64,000 nucleotides of DNA from the NCBI GenBank assembly GCA_001643675.2, contig LSRY02000005.1, positions 1,364,001 through 1,428,000 of the forward strand, in the 5' to 3' direction. The stretch's first letter is position 1, and each line of letters starts with the position of its first letter. A program made the position numbers and the translations under genes. Positions 61,093 to 64,000 of this stretch are shown here, in pieces. Origin of the DNA: Monocercomonoides exilis PA203 (Eukaryota > Protista > Preaxostyla). Below the pieces are notes generated by a model. It saw only the letters and a program-made list of their open reading frames with translations, searched no databases and was not told the DNA's origin.

Positions 61093-61112
61093 GCGATTCT
61101 TATAAGAATCGC
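61093..61112. other. Perfect 20-bp palindrome GCGATTCTTATAAGAATCGC
   Basis: Directly visible, about 290 bp upstream of the 60799 start codon. Confidence 0.8.
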
Positions 61113-61544
61113 TTTTAAAAACAAACGTATATGCGTTGGACCCAACTTATAAAGAAACAGAAATTTGAGCGTGAGAATTGTCTCACAAAATGAATAAAAA
61201 TACTTACAAATTCATAAACCGAGAAAGATGCTCATCGATGCGAGATGAAAATAGACATTGATATGTGTAAAGAAAGTGGCAAAAGTAATAATGGTGTAAA
61301 AATCTTTTTACAATTTAGTATCGCAAATAGAAAAATTGATTTTTTTTATCAACAATTTTTGCATCAAACAGTCCATTTTGGCTGTGCGCAAGATAAAATG
61401 ATAAGTTCATCAACACTAAAAATATTAAAATAAATTCTTCAATCTGAAGAACAGTACAAAATAATATCAGGGGTGTGGAGGATAATATTGATGGAAGAAA
61501 TTTTTTATCTTTTATGATTTCTGTTAAAAGTCGAAGAAAGTTGA

Positions 61545-62010
61545 ATGCATAATTTGAATAAAGTGAGGTTAATTCATTTGGAACATAAATGCATCGCTCA
61601 GCATTGTAGAATGGATAAAGAAAAAGTCAGTTTTGAAAAGAAAATTTCAAGTTCTTACAACTCTTCATTGATGAGTGATTTCTTTAAAGTCATTCTTATT
61701 CTAATGTTCCCAGTTACAAAATTGAGCAATTCTTTGGTGTACATATGTTGATATATAAAAAACATTTTGCTCCTGTTTGCTATGCTTATTATTATATTTC
61801 CTGTAATTCATTTGTTTTGCGTCCAATTTGTAATTTGCATGAGAATTTCGTTTATTTTATCGATGATACCTTTGGACTGGGGCAAACTAAAAGCAAGACG
61901 AGAGTTTCACCAACTAACTCAATGGATATTATCACATTGACTGAGAAGCGAGATAATTCAAGATAAGAAACATCCTCTCATGCTCGAGAATCTTCAAGCC
62001 GGGCATCATA
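61545..62010 (+). pseudogene. Possible decayed DIRS/LTR-like reverse-transcriptase fragment
   Basis: Broken frames give KVRLI..QHCRMD, FAP..LRPI..VYFIDDTFGLGQTK and WILSH..IIQDKK, in the order of RT motifs. Confidence 0.3.
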
Positions 62011-62341
62011 AACAATAACTTCATTGGCAAAAGAATAATAGTTTCCCAAACTCGATAAATTCCATTGAAAAAAATGTTATGCATCTCAAGTCAGATTCAC
62101 GTAATATCAAATGAAAGGACTCCAATTTATTGATCAATGATAAGGGAAATCTCCGCTCAAAAAATAAATTTCATTTTATTCATCTTCCATCCTCTTATCT
62201 TTTGTAGCAGCTTATTATTACGAATTAATTTTTGAATTCATCGCACGCTGATGTACTTCAATCATATCGAGTTCATATAATCAATAATTTCTGTTATTGC
62301 TAGCAATCCACTTTCCAAGCACAATAATTGATTCTGTTTCT

Positions 62342-62578
62342 TTATTTAAAGGAACCTGTTCTCTCATTCTGGAAGTGTGAATAATGATAAGGAAAGTACG
62401 AAGTCGGGTATGAAAGTGAAGAATGATCGCAGAGGAGCTGAATCGTTGGTCGTCCGTGAGGACAAGACCAAGGTGAATCAAGCTTTGCAAGGTGATCTAA
62501 GATCTTTTCATTTAAAAAATCCAGTTTTTTTTCAAAAGAAGAAGAAGAAAATCGAAATTTTTAAAAATGTTCAAAAAA

Positions 62579-62609
<31 letters not shown>

Positions 62610-64000
62610 AAAGCACACTGTTTTCATTTCTGGGTTGGAAAGAGATTTTCCAACCATCACGGAGCTTCTGCATGCTTTCGAAGCAAGCATAGCCCGAACA
62701 CGAGAAGGCATGGGCCGATTAGAAGGTGCAGTTTGCATAGCTTCAATAAGTTCGTGAATGTCTTCAAAAATTTAAAGTTAGTAATAAAGAAAGAAAGAAT
62801 ACCCAAATAAAAATTAAAAAAATGAAGAATATCAATTGCATTTTAAATATTATAAGAAATCAAACCATTCAACCCCAATTGAAGATTTCCTCTTGTAAAC
62901 GAAGGGACAGTAGTGAGATAAAGTGTGGTTCTTGTTCGCTTCAAAATCTCATTTTCCTTTCCAGCTTCGAAATCAAGACTGTTCTCATCAATTTTTATCA
63001 AATCGTTTGCAATGTCAGTCTCTGATTGAAAAACTTCATTCATTTCATCAACACATTTATAACTGTCTTTTTGTACTTCTTCTTCAACGATTTCGATGTT
63101 AAACCCATTTGCTTTGAATGTTTCAATGTTATCTATCACAAGCTGTTTTTCATCTTCAGGTAGATCCAACGGCTGCTTCACGAGAAGTGGCTGCCGAACA
63201 AATTTCGTCGATTTTGCTAATCGCTCGAAGTTGTATTTTTCATCGGCCGCGTGCTGGTCGATTATAAAAATTGTAGGTTTATATGGGTATTGTCTTTCTG
63301 AATGAGTTCGATTCTTTTCCTTCTCGTTGCACAAAGTTCCAGACGAATTCTCATCTTCTGTGGAACAATTTTTCTGAGAGGACTCTGACGAATCATCTGT
63401 TATCGGTGTGTCTTTCGCTTCGTTATCTCCAATGGAATAGTCATCTGATGCAAGAATGAAAGCAAGATTAAACTGCCCCAAAATGCGCAAGTGAGAAAAC
63501 TTCTGCTGTGGAAAATGGAATCGAAATTGGGGTTCTAAATCAAGCTCCTCTAACAATTCATCGTTATCATATTGTTTTTGATTAACAGATAAGCAATCCC
63601 ATCGGGTGTTTCCAGTCTTATTTTGCTCTGTCTGGCAACGCTTCATTTTCGTCTGGGAATAAAAGGAAGAGTCGCCTTTTCCTCCATATGCAATCGCATT
63701 CAGTGCGGATTCAAGCCTCAATTTCTGTGAGCTGACTGACCCAACATCTATCGATGTCGTATTCACTTGAGATTTCGTGCCAAGAAATGAAATTGATTGG
63801 CCAGTTGGTTTCCAATTGCTTGAAAACATATTTAAACTTGGAGTGAGTGTTTGTTGCTGTATGAGTTCATCAGAAGGCTCAAGAATAACTAAAGTTTCGC
63901 TCTTTTTTATCGCAGAAGCATCTAAATTTGGTTCAATTCTCAATCTTTTAGAATTATAGCGAAGTTCATCATTTATTTCGCTTTGTGACATTTCTAATTC
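62342..64000 (-). CDS. PMS2: MutL homolog PMS2 (yeast Pms1), 3' part; exons >64000-62866, 62761-62619, 62503-62342
   Basis: GQFN, endonuclease motif DQHAADEKYNFE, ASKACRSSVMVG, PWSCPHGRPT; two introns restore the frame. Confidence 0.93.
62577..62610. repeat. (AAAT)n intronic microsatellite
   Basis: Directly visible. Confidence 0.85.

Noticed and set aside
1-64000. Reassigned stop codons (TAA/TAG = Gln as in some oxymonads)
   Set aside because: TAA ends PGM2, the cyclin, PMS2 and the 2714-aa gene, and long ORFs contain no in-frame TAA/TAG.

Overview
AT-rich, intron-containing eukaryotic DNA in the standard genetic code. The gene families and short GTTTG/GTATG introns suggest an oxymonad (Monocercomonoides-like) protist; this is inference. 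Housekeeping genes: PGM2-type phosphomutase, MKP1-like dual-specificity phosphatase with gelsolin-like repeats, secreted 5'-nucleotidase-like phosphoesterase, PfkB kinase, divergent 14-3-3, PHO80-type cyclin, tRNA-His and the 3' part of PMS2. Three features stand out. (1) Two giant (about 3250 and 2714 aa) single-pass surface proteins plus a relic third copy. They have variable numbers of Cys-capped beta-helix modules and a C-lobe-only pseudokinase, and their TM-to-cytoplasmic segment is far more conserved than its flanks. (2) A DNA-transposon system not explained by the ORF track: two decayed 4.5-5.2 kb elements and three MITE families sharing a GG(G/C)TGAT...TTTTTGA terminal motif, mostly with AT target duplications. 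(3) A splice-site dialect with frequent GTTTG donors and AAG acceptors. Exon models were derived by hand and no database searches were run.
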